DNA of 64,000 nt, taken from Epithemia pelagica (Eukaryota > Protista > Bacillariophyta). This document shows, piece after piece, positions 42,660 through 53,238 of this stretch. The stretch's first letter is position 1. Each line of letters starts with the position of its first letter. The translations under genes were made by a program, and so were the position numbers. Where the stretch lies: assembly GCA_946965045.2 (NCBI GenBank), contig OX337231.1, positions 310,001 through 374,000 on the forward strand. The letters are read 5' to 3'. A model generated the notes under the pieces. It saw only the letters and a program-made list of their open reading frames with translations, ran no database searches and was not told the DNA's origin.

Positions 42660-44261
42660 TCACGAGAACTTCGCCTGCTTGAGAATGGATTGGAGGGTGG
42701 ATGGTTTCTTGGGAGCAGCGGCTGGTGGTGCGGGTGGGAGAGCAAACTATGCCTTGACAGCATTTTGAACCATGCTTGCAATTTGCGCTTGCAAATCTGT
42801 TGTCTCCTTTTCTTCTTCAATTTCATTCTTTGCAAACTTTTTAAGTTCCTTGGCCACGACAGAGGCCAGTTGCCGTTTGACAGACTTGTTGCTTTTCCCT
42901 TTCTTATCGTTCTTGTTGTTCTTCTTCTTTGAAGGGTTGGCTTTGCGCCATTCTCGCAGCTCGTCTTTCTGCTCATCGGTCAGGTTGTCATACTCACTGG
43001 GAGTATGGTATCGGAGATGGACCCCCGTCTTCCCAATGCTCTGCTTCTTCGCAGCAGTTGTGGAGCTGGCTTCAGCTGTCACGGTAGTGTCATCGATCTC
43101 AACAGAAGAGATTTGCGCGGCATTGCGCTTGTTATTAGTGGCGGCGGCTCTTTTCTTGGCCACAGGATCGTAGGGCAGAAGGTGTGCCGCGGCCTTCTCA
43201 AATCTGTTACGCATCCCATCAGGGTCAGTATCAGTGCGGACACTTGCCATTGCGGCTTGTAGTCCAGCATCAGAGCATTGAATCCCTTCAAGTAAGTACC
43301 CAACACGCGTGTGTTCGTTTGGCAGTTGATACGAAACATGATCTGCACACTGTTGCATGGAGACATACGCATTTCTATGCTGCGCAATGAACCCTTCTAA
43401 CGGAAAGCTGTTCTGTCCCTTCCATACTCGCGTGTGAAGAAGGTCGTCTTGGCGCTTAATCTCGGCCTCCCATTTGTCTTGTCCTGCATAATGGCTTGTC
43501 AAAGCCGTCCATGCGCCTCGACCATCCTAATTCCGTTGATAAGGTTTAATAGACGCTGCATACGTCGTTCCTCTAGTTGCTTCTTCGAGGTGATAGTATA
43601 CAGATGCATTGTCTTCTCTGTATAGTTCATGGTCGTGAGATGCGCGTGCAACCAATTCAACTTCAATGGAGCCGTACACTGTTGAGTGTGGCTTGTTGTT
43701 GGCTTGGGTAGGTGGAACCGCAGGTACATCTACTTCCTGTCGAATCACATATGCCAGAGGAATGGTTCTCACTCCAATGAGACGGTGAAGGTAGTCCTGG
43801 AAAGCTTCGGTCCACTTGATAATCGGTAGCGCCTTGCTGATTTTGGGGACGTCTGGGTCATCTGAGTCCTTTTGTGCCTTCAATGCCTTCCATTGGGCTT
43901 CAAAGTTCTTCATGACATGGGTCCACTTCATGTTCCCAGAGGTCAGATCACCTCCAACAGTGTTATAATAGCGTACCAATTCACATGCCACAGTTAGACG
44001 GTGTTGTGACTTGGTGCCGAATACGAATGGTGGTGTCGGAATTGTTGCTCCTGCAGCTGCCCCAGGGTTCGGATCTGGAACTCTGCCACCCGGTTTCCGT
44101 AAGTTGTCGGCCACTTGCTGGAGTGTTTCCTTGTCAAAATCAGCTAGGTCAGGGATTGTGCTAATTCCTTCAACTTGAAGTTGAGTTACCGTTGCTTGGG
44201 GAATGCCCATTTGATCGGCATCTTGAAAGAAAGACGTCGTCTGGGCAGCAGTTAGTACCAT
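42660..44261 (-). pseudogene. gag: Copia gag with two premature TAG codons
   Basis: MVLTAAQTTSFF start at 44261. In-frame TAG at 43527-43529 and 42747-42749. The frame continues to ..STLQSILKQAKFS-TGA at 42660-42662. Confidence 0.85.
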
Positions 44262-44291
44262 GGTGATGTAGTTCACTCGAAAAATCGGAAC

Positions 44292-44308
44292 GAATGGGTC
44301 TGATAAAC
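44292..44308 (-). other. Putative non-canonical primer-binding site
   Basis: GTTTATCAGACCCATTC directly follows the 5' LTR; no TGG. Confidence 0.5.
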
Positions 44309-44472
44309 TGCTAAAAGTTTGCTTATCAGAAAGATTATACGTTCGTTACACAGAAAACTATCCTGGTTCACAGATGGGAGTCGTACACAGCTCCCACCAA
44401 AATCGGCCATATAGCCGTGGTAGTTTCCACACATTTGTCGTCCGTTGCCAAATATAGACCACAATTTCAACA
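44309..44472 (-). repeat. 5' LTR (164 bp)
   Basis: Matches 38535-38698 at 162 of 164 positions. Confidence 0.95.
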
Positions 44473-44482
44473 GTCGTCCTTG

Positions 44483-45907
44483 TCATGTCGTTGTTGACGT
44501 CCGTACGACTTCAAACGAATCCGTTTCTTCCAACACCAATTGATTCTCCGGATCCTCGTCGTCTACTTGGACGTCTTTTCGGTGTTCGTTCTCGTTCTCG
44601 TCGTCCGGGTCGTCCTGTTTGGTTTCGTGGGTGGTACTGCGGTGGGTCGTCGTTTTGGTGGTGGAGTCGACGGCCGAATCGTTGGTTGGCGGTGGGAGTG
44701 CCGAATGGTAGGGTCCATACTGCAACTCGTAGTCGTGTTGCTGTCGTAGATTCCGGGTAATGGACGGCGTTGGTACCAGGTAATTGCACAGGGCATCGAC
44801 CAAGCGCAAACAGGTGGAGACCCACAAACACGACAAGCCCGGTCCAAAGCGCCACTCGAACCGTACCAACAACAAGTCGGACGGGTCCACCGACGTACTG
44901 TCGTGATCGTCCGGGACCACGGTAAAATTGTTGCGATAAAAGGGCCGCAAGTCTTGTTCGACATCGTTGAAACAGTGATCTTGGTAACTGGCAATGGTCC
45001 ACAATCCCAAAATCACAGACAAGGTGGCCATGAGACTGCCATAAAAATTGGGACAATTCAAATCGTACTGCGGATACATGCGGGTAATGTCGGAAACCAT
45101 GTTGCGCCCAATCAACATGACATTGACGATGCAAGTCACGACAAATTGTTCCGACCTTTCCTTGCACTCGCCACACAAATCATCCGACAAGAAGCGTTGA
45201 ATACTGTTTTCGTCGCCAATGGGCGAGTCGCAAAATTCGTCAAAGGAGGAAACGGTATCGCCTCCCATAACCTGCGAGGGATCCGTCAAGGCCACGGCGC
45301 GAAAGCCAATATCGAGACGGGCCGACGTACCATTGTTCCACGCCGGAACAGTAATGTCGCCGCGGGTAAAACTGGTACTCGTCAACAAATTGAAATTGGT
45401 CGTAAAGGCCATGCTGGCGACAATGGTAAAGGCCAGAGCGGCGAAATTAAAGCAAAAGCCGACGGCAAACACGCGACGACGCGCCACATGATTTTTCTTG
45501 AAAAATTGACAACCAATTTGGCCCACGCATTCGCAACAGGCATTTTGTTCCAAACATCCGGGACACCGGCGGACGCAGGGAGGGACATAACAGAGAAAAT
45601 GCGGAGGACGATGCCGACAATCCGTCGGATCGCCATCGTCCAGTAGTGGGTCGTCGTCGTCGTCGTCGTCGTCGCTCTCATTGGGAGACTTGTTCTTGTC
45701 GTTCTTGTCGTTGGATGGATTCTTGCTGGATTTCTTGGTACCATCTTCTTCTTGTTGTTGTTGCAGTTCCAAGGCCGCTCGAACGGCTTCTTCCTCGGAT
45801 CCTGTTGGCTGTCGTCGTTGAGACGGTGGAATGTAGGAATTTCCACTCACTCGATCGTAAATGTATTGGCGACACACCACGGTTCCGGGTGGTGGAGCGC
45901 GGCTCAT
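44483..45907 (-). CDS. Cys-rich ~4-TM membrane protein of unknown function
   Basis: Long ORF; first ATG at 45907 (the track start is TTG). Claudin-like layout of TM segments with Cys-containing loops, by eye. Confidence 0.75.
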   Translation of the reverse strand: MSRAPPPGTVVCRQYIYDRVSGNSYIPPSQRRQPTGSEEEAVRAALELQQQQEEDGTKKSSKNPSNDKNDKNKSPNESDDDDDDDDPLLDDGDPTDCRHRPPHFLCYVPPCVRRCPGCLEQNACCECVGQIGCQFFKKNHVARRRVFAVGFCFNFAALAFTIVASMAFTTNFNLLTSTSFTRGDITVPAWNNGTSARLDIGFRAVALTDPSQVMGGDTVSSFDEFCDSPIGDENSIQRFLSDDLCGECKERSEQFVVTCIVNVMLIGRNMVSDITRMYPQYDLNCPNFYGSLMATLSVILGLWTIASYQDHCFNDVEQDLRPFYRNNFTVVPDDHDSTSVDPSDLLLVRFEWRFGPGLSCLWVSTCLRLVDALCNYLVPTPSITRNLRQQHDYELQYGPYHSALPPPTNDSAVDSTTKTTTHRSTTHETKQDDPDDENENEHRKDVQVDDEDPENQLVLEETDSFEVVRTSTTT

Positions 45908-45994
45908 GTGGGTTCCGGGTAGATGTTGGTAGTATCGTATAGTCTTGGGGAGAGTGTTGGTCGTCTCTCGAGTCGAAATGTGCTCTAGAGCATC

Positions 45995-47216
45995 CAAGTT
46001 TGATCAAGTCTCTCTTCGCTTGAAAAAATGATACGGCAACCGTCGTTGCAGCATCCGTCATTCCATCCGCAAGAAACGCGAAGATCGGCGCACCTCGATC
46101 TTTCATGGCTTGAGCCAATACACAATCGCGCCAAACCCTTGTATGCAGGGTGACCGGAGGCTAATTATACCCTCACTTTTAGACCCGGTCTAAAAGGGTA
46201 TAATTATTTTAGACAGAGGTCGAGTCTAAAATAAAATTTTTGGACTCTTAACCTTAACCCTTCAGTAGCGCCGCCACCACTGCGTGAGTACGAGACCGTT
46301 CTGCCTCATTCATCTCAATGACATCTCAATGAACAAAGTAAGGTCTCAGTTATCCTCTCTCATGCTTAGAGAGTGCAAGAACAATGTCATACATACCATC
46401 CAATAACTTAGATGATGAAGCTATGAGGTCCTCTGGATGTGTTGTCATAGACAATGCTCGCTCCTGGTAGCTGTCTGTCTAGGGTTAGGGTTATTGCTTC
46501 GCCATACAAAACCACGGTGAGATTTTAGACCCTGTTTTAGACATTTTTTACAGTCTAAAAGTACTTTTAGATTTATTTTAGACCCGAAATATTTTAGACT
46601 GTATGCCTCATGGCAGGCAGGTTCACAGTTCACAGAGCATATATATTTACAATTGCCCGACATGTCATTCGGAAGCAGAGACAGTTCTCCAAAGAGAATC
46701 CAAGTTTGATCAAGTCTCGTCTTTGTTTGAAAAAATGATACGGCAACCGTTGCATCCTCCGTCATTCCATTCGTTGTCCGAAAGAAACAAAGATCTGCGC
46801 ACTGCGCACCTCGATCTTTCATGGCTTGGGCCAATACGAGTACACAATCGTGCCAAACCCTTGTTATGCCTCATGGCAGGCAGGTTCACAGTTCACAGAG
46901 CATATATATTTACAATTGCCCGACATGTCATTCGGAAGCAGAGACAGTTCTCCAAAGAGAATCCAAGTTTGATCAAGTCTCGTCTTCGTTTGAAAAAATG
47001 ATACGGCAACCGTTGCATCCTCCGTCATTCCATTCGTTGTCCGAAAGAAACAAAGATCTGCGCACTGCGCACCTCGATCTTTCATGGCTTGGGCCAATAC
47101 GAGTACACAATCGTGCCAAACCCTTGTTATGCCTCATGGCAGGCAGGTTCACAGAGCATATATATTTACAATTGCCCGACATGTCATTCGGAAGCAGAGA
47201 CAGTTCTCCAAAGAGA
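45995..47216. repeat. 263-bp tandem repeat: diverged partial unit 45995-46145, units at 46602 and 46865, partial unit 47128-47216
   Basis: The period was read directly from recurring tatgcctcatggcagg; the first unit is interrupted by the MITE-like insertion. Confidence 0.92.
46146..46601. mobile_element. 456-bp non-autonomous MITE-like insertion
   Basis: TATG duplicated at 46142-46145 and 46602-46605; CAG...CTG ends; nine TTTTAGAC/GTCTAAAA subterminal motifs; no ORF of note. Confidence 0.75.
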
Positions 47217-47522
47217 TAAGCCCTTGAACCCATGAAGCAGCGCATAGGCAACATAGTGGAGTCGTACATAGATTCGAGTCACGCTGACGTACGGCGCAGT
47301 GGACCATCCATCACAATCAGACACTGTTCTTTTCGGAGAGACATTATCAACGATTTCCCCACTGTGTCCTTTGGTTGTTTGTTTGTGGTGTGGTGGAATC
47401 TCCCTATATCGCTTTTGTTGTGTTGGCAGCAGAGAGCAGAACTACAATTGCTTCTTCTTTTTATCATCATCAAGGAAGAAGGCCAATCGTAGAATCGACG
47501 GATTGTACATTGGTGTGTTGGT

Positions 47523-48983
47523 TTGGTGAGCAGCAAGAACAGCATGCTTCCCAAGAGAACAGTCACATCAACAACAACATCATCAACAACAACAACAACA
47601 TCAACAACACTATTTGCAAGATCCTTGGTCGCTTCCCTCCTCTGCTTCATTTCGTTTCTGGTTGGTAGTATTCTGCTGGTCCTCATCATGGCCACAACGA
47701 CAACTGCCGTCCGAGTCTCGGCTTCTTCTTCTGCTGCTGCTGCTGCCTCGTGGACCATTCGGGGTTCCTCGCTTCGTGTGGGACGACGACAAGTTTCCAG
47801 GGGCTCGTCGACGACCGCCTTTGCTGCTGCTGCTGCGACGACGACGACTACCCCTACCAGGGGTTCTACCGCCGCCGTTGCGACAACTTCTTCTTCTTCG
47901 TTTTGTTGGAGTCGTCGTTCCTCTTCCACAACAACAACAACAACAACAACAACACGTCTCTTTTCGTCTTCGTCGTCCTCCGCCTCCTCTTCAACGACGA
48001 CAGATTTATCCTTTGAAACGTCTCCCTTGGGCAAGAATGGAGCTCATTTACTCAAGGGATTGGATGTTTACCAGGTCCCCTCCAAATCCGACGGTCATCC
48101 CTTGGCCGTCTTTGGCATTCACAGTCAAGAAATAACGGACAACGACAAGCAACGCATTCCGGTTCTCTTGTTGCACGGTCGTACGTGGTCATCGATTCCC
48201 GTCTATCACTTGTTGGGGGGCAGTACGGGTGTGGAGGATACGACCTTGTCGTCCCGGTCCGTCTTGGAAGCCTTGTGGGACCAGGGCTTGCAACCCTATG
48301 CCATGGATTTTCGAGGCTTTGGCGGTACCCATCCCGATGCCACGGGCTATGTCGAACCTCTCTTGTGCGTCACGGATACCGAATCTGTCTTGGAATGGAT
48401 GGCCCAACGACACAATTTGTCACAAGTGAATTTGTTGGGATGGAGTCAAGGTGCCTTGGTGGCCCAATTGACGGCACAAAAATTGGCCTCTTCCCACAAG
48501 GAGGGCGGTGGCGTCTTGAACAAGCTCATTTTGTATGGATCCATTTACGATCCCTTGGTCCGCTATCCGCGCGAACCACTCTATCGGCTCAACAGTCAAC
48601 CCAATACCACCTTTGTCGAAACCACCTTTGACATGGCCATTGAAGATTTTACCCTCGAAGGTAGTATTCCCCCAGAACCGGCCAAACTCTTTGCTCAAGC
48701 CGCCTTGACGAGCGACCCGATCAAGGCCGTGTGGAAACACTTGTATCAATTCAACAATTGCGATCCCGCGCGGGTCCAACATGCCACCTTGGTGATTGGA
48801 GGCGACCAAGATCCCTATGCTCCATTGCGCGTCCAACAAGAATTGTTTGGACAATTGGGACGGGGCGCTGGTAATGACCGTGTCTGGGCCATTTTGGCCG
48901 ATTGCGATCATGCCGTCCATTTACTCAACCATGGACGACAACGATTCATTCAACATGTCGTGCACTTTCTGCAATCCGAGTAA
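47523..48983 (+). CDS. Alpha/beta hydrolase with a low-complexity N-terminal leader
   Basis: LLLHGRTWSS, GWSQG nucleophile elbow, DQDPY acid, CDHAVHL histidine. Confidence 0.88.
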   Translation: MVSSKNSMLPKRTVTSTTTSSTTTTTSTTLFARSLVASLLCFISFLVGSILLVLIMATTTTAVRVSASSSAAAAASWTIRGSSLRVGRRQVSRGSSTTAFAAAAATTTTTPTRGSTAAVATTSSSSFCWSRRSSSTTTTTTTTTRLFSSSSSSASSSTTTDLSFETSPLGKNGAHLLKGLDVYQVPSKSDGHPLAVFGIHSQEITDNDKQRIPVLLLHGRTWSSIPVYHLLGGSTGVEDTTLSSRSVLEALWDQGLQPYAMDFRGFGGTHPDATGYVEPLLCVTDTESVLEWMAQRHNLSQVNLLGWSQGALVAQLTAQKLASSHKEGGGVLNKLILYGSIYDPLVRYPREPLYRLNSQPNTTFVETTFDMAIEDFTLEGSIPPEPAKLFAQAALTSDPIKAVWKHLYQFNNCDPARVQHATLVIGGDQDPYAPLRVQQELFGQLGRGAGNDRVWAILADCDHAVHLLNHGRQRFIQHVVHFLQSE

Positions 48984-49221
48984 GAGGTCTAATTGTAGGA
49001 AACATCACCCGAGAGTGACTCGTGTCCTACTACCACACCCACACAAGAACAACAACAACAAACTATGCATTACAGGCAATCTCTGCAACCCATGTCACAC
49101 TCGACACTGCTACGCAACACGTCTCTTTTACTATTATTTTTATTTGTGTTTGAACTACAGTTTCACAAACGGAACCTCTTTTACTCGTACAATCAAAATT
49201 TAGCAGTTTCGCCCCAATCCG

Positions 49222-49854
49222 TTAGGCGGTTTGTGCAATGGCTGCAGTGGCCGTCGTAGTGGTGGTCGTTTCGGTCGAGTCGGCTGGTTGTTGTTGTTGT
49301 GATTGTTCGTATTCGACCTTGTACAAGAGAACGGCTTGGGTAATTTCGTCCATGCAGTGCGCTCGCAATGCGGGATTGTTTTTCTTGGGATCCAATCCAC
49401 ACGAATTTCCCTCCCACAGCAGTTGGGTCTCGTCTTTGGGCGCTCTCCAACTCGGTTTGACACTCACTTGAAAGGGTACCTCCTTGCGCAAAATGACATT
49501 GTGATCCTTGACTGTCGCATCCGGCCACGCGCGACGAATGGCCGTCAAGGCGCCCAAAAATTCTTCCACACCATTGCCATGACAATTTTCGCCCTAAAAA
49601 CATAGACCAGAACAAAATGCCACCAAAAGAATGGTGAGTGAGTGTGTGAGAGAAACGTGGATCTGCCACAAACGCAGTCTCGTCTCTCGTCTTGGGACAC
49701 AAGATTGGTCTGTGAAGGAGCGAATCCAAACGTCGAAACAAAAACACAAAATTCAAATTCCTACTTGCAGTTCACTTACAAACGTGACGATAAAGACGGG
49801 TCCTTCCGGAACGCGCTTGTTTCGTTTGCCCAATGTACCGTGTCGATTGCCCAT
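49222..49854 (-). CDS. Rdx/SelW-like Cys-containing paralog; 2 exons (49854-49780, 49593-49222)
   Basis: MGNRHGTLGKRNKRVPEGPVFIVTF | GTAAGT..AG | GENCHGNGVEEFLGALTAIRRAWP. Confidence 0.8.
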
Positions 49855-50601
49855 GGTCGTTGTTGTTAAGGTAGAAAATAGATGGTGTCATGGCCGCCGA
49901 GAAAGGCCACTGAAATTCGCATGCCGGCCAGTCTTTTGTTAAATAGTCCTGAAAGGAGCGCATGTGCGTTTGTACGACTGATAATCATGCGCGTGCTTGC
50001 ATTGTGAGCGTGACGGCCTGTTCCGTCATTTTCCGGTGTGTCGTTCTCACTTTTTCATGTCCCCAAGTCGATCCCAGCGGCACCACTGACGGTATTATCA
50101 ATTCCACAGAAACAAACGCGCATGCCTTTTTTTGTGCCCACCACAGTCGCAACAGAGAAAACTGCACTACAGAGTAGAAAGCAGCTATTCTCTCAACGAC
50201 TAAATGACTTTTGGACTGGGAGGACCGAGTGTATACTATGAGAGCCTCTAGGTAGGTAGAGATCCAGCCTGTTTCTCCCGCGCTCTCCATGACACAGTAC
50301 AATATTATTTGTTCCAGACCTCCAAAGAACAAAATGCTTTTTTTAGTAAGGCAGTTGAATACTATAGACTATATAGCGTGTTCTCGCGAATGTTTCTTCT
50401 AAAGCAGTATACAAAAAAATGAATAATTGTGTTGTTGGACCAGGTGGACAATGTAGTCTCTCTCATCTCTGAAAAGTTCTTCGTCCTGGTAGATCACTGA
50501 AATCGTCTAGCCGTGTCATCGGGCCCAATACTGCCACTTTCTGGAGGATGCAAGGATTGGCAATCTTCCTCCTCGGTGGCATCCTCCTCAATATCGTCAT
50601 C

Positions 50602-53238
50602 CTAATTGACAAGATGAATCATGGATGTCGTGTCCGCACCAGCCTCGTCATGTACCAGAACATTTGTCGAGGTTTGACTCGAAAGGGAACCATTATCGTC
50701 GTCGTCTTGTTCATGGCCCTGGTATGGTGGTATAGTATATCGTAAATTTTCAGGGTCATTGGTGAACCGACCCAGTTCTTGATCATCCATATCGCTTTCC
50801 TCATCTTCGTCGTCGTAATTGTCTCCATCATCGTCTTGTTCTGATACCTCCTGTTCTTCTTCTAGATGCGAATCGTGTTCATCTTGAAACTGAGAAGCGG
50901 TATCCTGGGAGTATACCGAATCTTCTTCTTCTTCGCGTTCGTCCACAATGGTTCCCAGAGGACTATTCTTGGGAGGCTTGATGGATCTAATCACTTTGGT
51001 ACTTTTGCGTTTTTGCGAACGACTCCGTCGAGGGCGTCGAGCTGGTTTGGTCGACGACGACGACGACGTGGGAACAAAAATGGGATGCGAGGGTGGTGGC
51101 AACCAACAGGAAAGAAGCGACAAGAGAACCAAGAGCAGTACATTCAAGAGAATGGTATATCCCAAGGCACCGGGTGTGCATCGGCCATCCAAGTGTTGCT
51201 GATCTTGCTCATCCGGATTGGATTCCGATGACTCATGCTGGTGCATTGACGTGAGAAGCATGGCGGACGAGGAGGAATTGAGTTCGGGACGACACAAGTG
51301 CGATCGGTACACGACATGTGTCAGCGCTTGTGAAATGGCAGCAAAGGGCAAGAGAAATCGAACAAAGAGCCAGAGTTCCAATCGGCAGGCTAGTCGAGAC
51401 ACGCATTGGACCAGGCAGAGGGTCAAGACGACACTGAGCAACAGGGCCGTCACGGCACCAAAGACTCGTGCCGCTTGAAAGACGGGATCCAACAAGTCAT
51501 CGGTTTGCTGGTGATTGTTGCGGTGACGGGGATAGGCAATGCATCCGACCATGTCGGGATGGGAGTTCATGTAGTAAGCTCGTGTGTAGAGACCCAATCC
51601 CATGGTCCGATGAGAAGGGACATCGCCCCATTGCAAGAAAGTGCAATTACGGACTCCCAACAAACTCACCAGCCATGCTGCCAGTAATGCCACGAGCCAA
51701 ATTACTCGAAAGGTAAGGGACTGTTGCCATCGATTGTAGGAAAGAGGAGCATCCCCAGACCACAAACTCGTAGTACTTGTGGGAAGGATCCACAAGGAAA
51801 AACATGATTCGGACGCGGAGGACCTCGAAGAGGCAAAGGACGACTGTTTGTAGTATCCTACAATGGACCCTGTGGCGGATGTTTGGGACCGAATGTCCGA
51901 CTCGTCGTCATTATCATCATCATCGTCGTCGTTGCCATTTTCGTTGGTGTGAATTCTGGAAGAGTCTGTCATTTCCTGACTTTGGGGTGCTGCTGCGGTT
52001 CGCAGTGTCATTCGAATTTGGGTCACGAGACGATTGAATTGTCCTCCAGGATTGGTCCATTGATAGTCGTCATTCGATGTATCCTTGTTGTCTTCTACCG
52101 GTTCACCTTGCTGGACTCCGGATGATGCGGTACTGCAATCCTCTTCGCGACCCGAGCAGGAAGCAGTGGGAGCACCGGCGGCATCGACCGCCTGCCTATT
52201 ACTACTGCCATTATCATCTGTGGTGTCTCCTTGTTCCACCAATGGTTGGTCCTCCTCTTCTTCTTCTTCTTCTTCTTCTTCTGTGTTCTTGTTGTTGCGG
52301 CTGTTCCACAATTGCAACCAGGGCTGTCCTTGGGGTGCGGGTTCCAACCACACTACCAGAGTCAAACTCGCCAGCAACAAGACATTGCAAATGGCCGCCA
52401 GACCCATACTTGATAATCCACATTCAGTTTCCTGACAATATTCACTTTGCAAGACGGCAAACGTCAACAAGGATGATATGGTCGATATGGCCAATCCGAG
52501 TCGAACACACTGCCACAAACTCCAAGAATGTTGAATAGAGCGCCCAAAGGACTGGAGTCGTTGCCATGGAGAAGACTGGGAGGAGGAGGAGGATAAAGAA
52601 GGAGGTGATTGTTGTCGAGATGTCGGTCGGCGATGATTCCGAGAAGATTTTGGTTGAAAGACGAGGATCCAAATCAAGAGCATCATGGAGGCTGTCATGC
52701 TGGTGGCCAAGAGACTGGCACTGACACGACTGACACGAAAATGTACATCCAATCCCTCCCATTCGGATGGAAAGCTGACACATCCCAAACTCTCATGGTT
52801 GTTGGTGGTGCTGAAATGATCCATGACTGTCCAACGAAACAATCCCACACGGTGCGTCGGCAACCATTCGTCTGACAGGGGAGGCATTGTTGTGGTTGTT
52901 TTTGTGGTTGTGGCCACATGGTGCGACTGTTTGGGACCAGCATGATGGTAGTGGGAGGAAACAAAGCTACAGTTGGTAACGGTCAAAATGGACAAAATTG
53001 TAGTCACCAAGGCCAATAATAGGGTTCCCTTGTGGGAATGATTGCAACGTAACAAGGCGGTTTGGATCCACTCGGACGACCACCATCGACAAGCCTTGAG
53101 GACGCCAAACGGATTGCACTTGTTTTGCTCCTCGTTTCTTTCAGTAGAAGTATTCGTCGCGGAAGGTGTGGAACGGGTTGTCGTGTGTTTGGCTCCAGTG
53201 CGAAGAGCCATGGCTCGTTTGGATCGAACATGTCTCAT
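50602..53238 (-). CDS. Multi-pass membrane protein with two similar 4-TM Cys-containing modules and acidic linkers
   Basis: 878-aa ORF. Both modules show NCSFV/NCTFL..GLF/GLY..C..(F)RVSR/QAAR..C..G..LNVLLL. Confidence 0.75.
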   Translation of the reverse strand: MRHVRSKRAMALRTGAKHTTTRSTPSATNTSTERNEEQNKCNPFGVLKACRWWSSEWIQTALLRCNHSHKGTLLLALVTTILSILTVTNCSFVSSHYHHAGPKQSHHVATTTKTTTTMPPLSDEWLPTHRVGLFRWTVMDHFSTTNNHESLGCVSFPSEWEGLDVHFRVSRVSASLLATSMTASMMLLIWILVFQPKSSRNHRRPTSRQQSPPSLSSSSSQSSPWQRLQSFGRSIQHSWSLWQCVRLGLAISTISSLLTFAVLQSEYCQETECGLSSMGLAAICNVLLLASLTLVVWLEPAPQGQPWLQLWNSRNNKNTEEEEEEEEEEDQPLVEQGDTTDDNGSSNRQAVDAAGAPTASCSGREEDCSTASSGVQQGEPVEDNKDTSNDDYQWTNPGGQFNRLVTQIRMTLRTAAAPQSQEMTDSSRIHTNENGNDDDDDDNDDESDIRSQTSATGSIVGYYKQSSFASSRSSASESCFSLWILPTSTTSLWSGDAPLSYNRWQQSLTFRVIWLVALLAAWLVSLLGVRNCTFLQWGDVPSHRTMGLGLYTRAYYMNSHPDMVGCIAYPRHRNNHQQTDDLLDPVFQAARVFGAVTALLLSVVLTLCLVQCVSRLACRLELWLFVRFLLPFAAISQALTHVVYRSHLCRPELNSSSSAMLLTSMHQHESSESNPDEQDQQHLDGRCTPGALGYTILLNVLLLVLLSLLSCWLPPPSHPIFVPTSSSSSTKPARRPRRSRSQKRKSTKVIRSIKPPKNSPLGTIVDEREEEEDSVYSQDTASQFQDEHDSHLEEEQEVSEQDDDGDNYDDEDEESDMDDQELGRFTNDPENLRYTIPPYQGHEQDDDDNGSLSSQTSTNVLVHDEAGADTTSMIHLVN

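Larger units (their letters stand above)
38535..44472 (-). mobile_element. Ty1/copia LTR retrotransposon (CoDi-like), defective
   Basis: TG..CA LTRs of 164 bp, PPT, domain order gag-PR-IN-RT-RH, GTCG on both flanks. Confidence 0.97.

Noticed and set aside
9928-43529. RIP-like CpA>TpA hypermutation of repeats (CAA>TAA, TGG>TAA, possible CAG>TAG)
   Set aside because: Too few events, and they were ascertained because they create stops. A full substitution spectrum between the duplicated blocks would be needed.
46146-46534. hAT element with CAGGG...CCCTG ends
   Set aside because: No 8-bp TSD at those ends; the TATG duplication places the right end at 46601.
46602-47216. CRISPR-like array
   Set aside because: The units are contiguous 263-bp repeats with no unique spacers and no cas genes, in a eukaryotic context.
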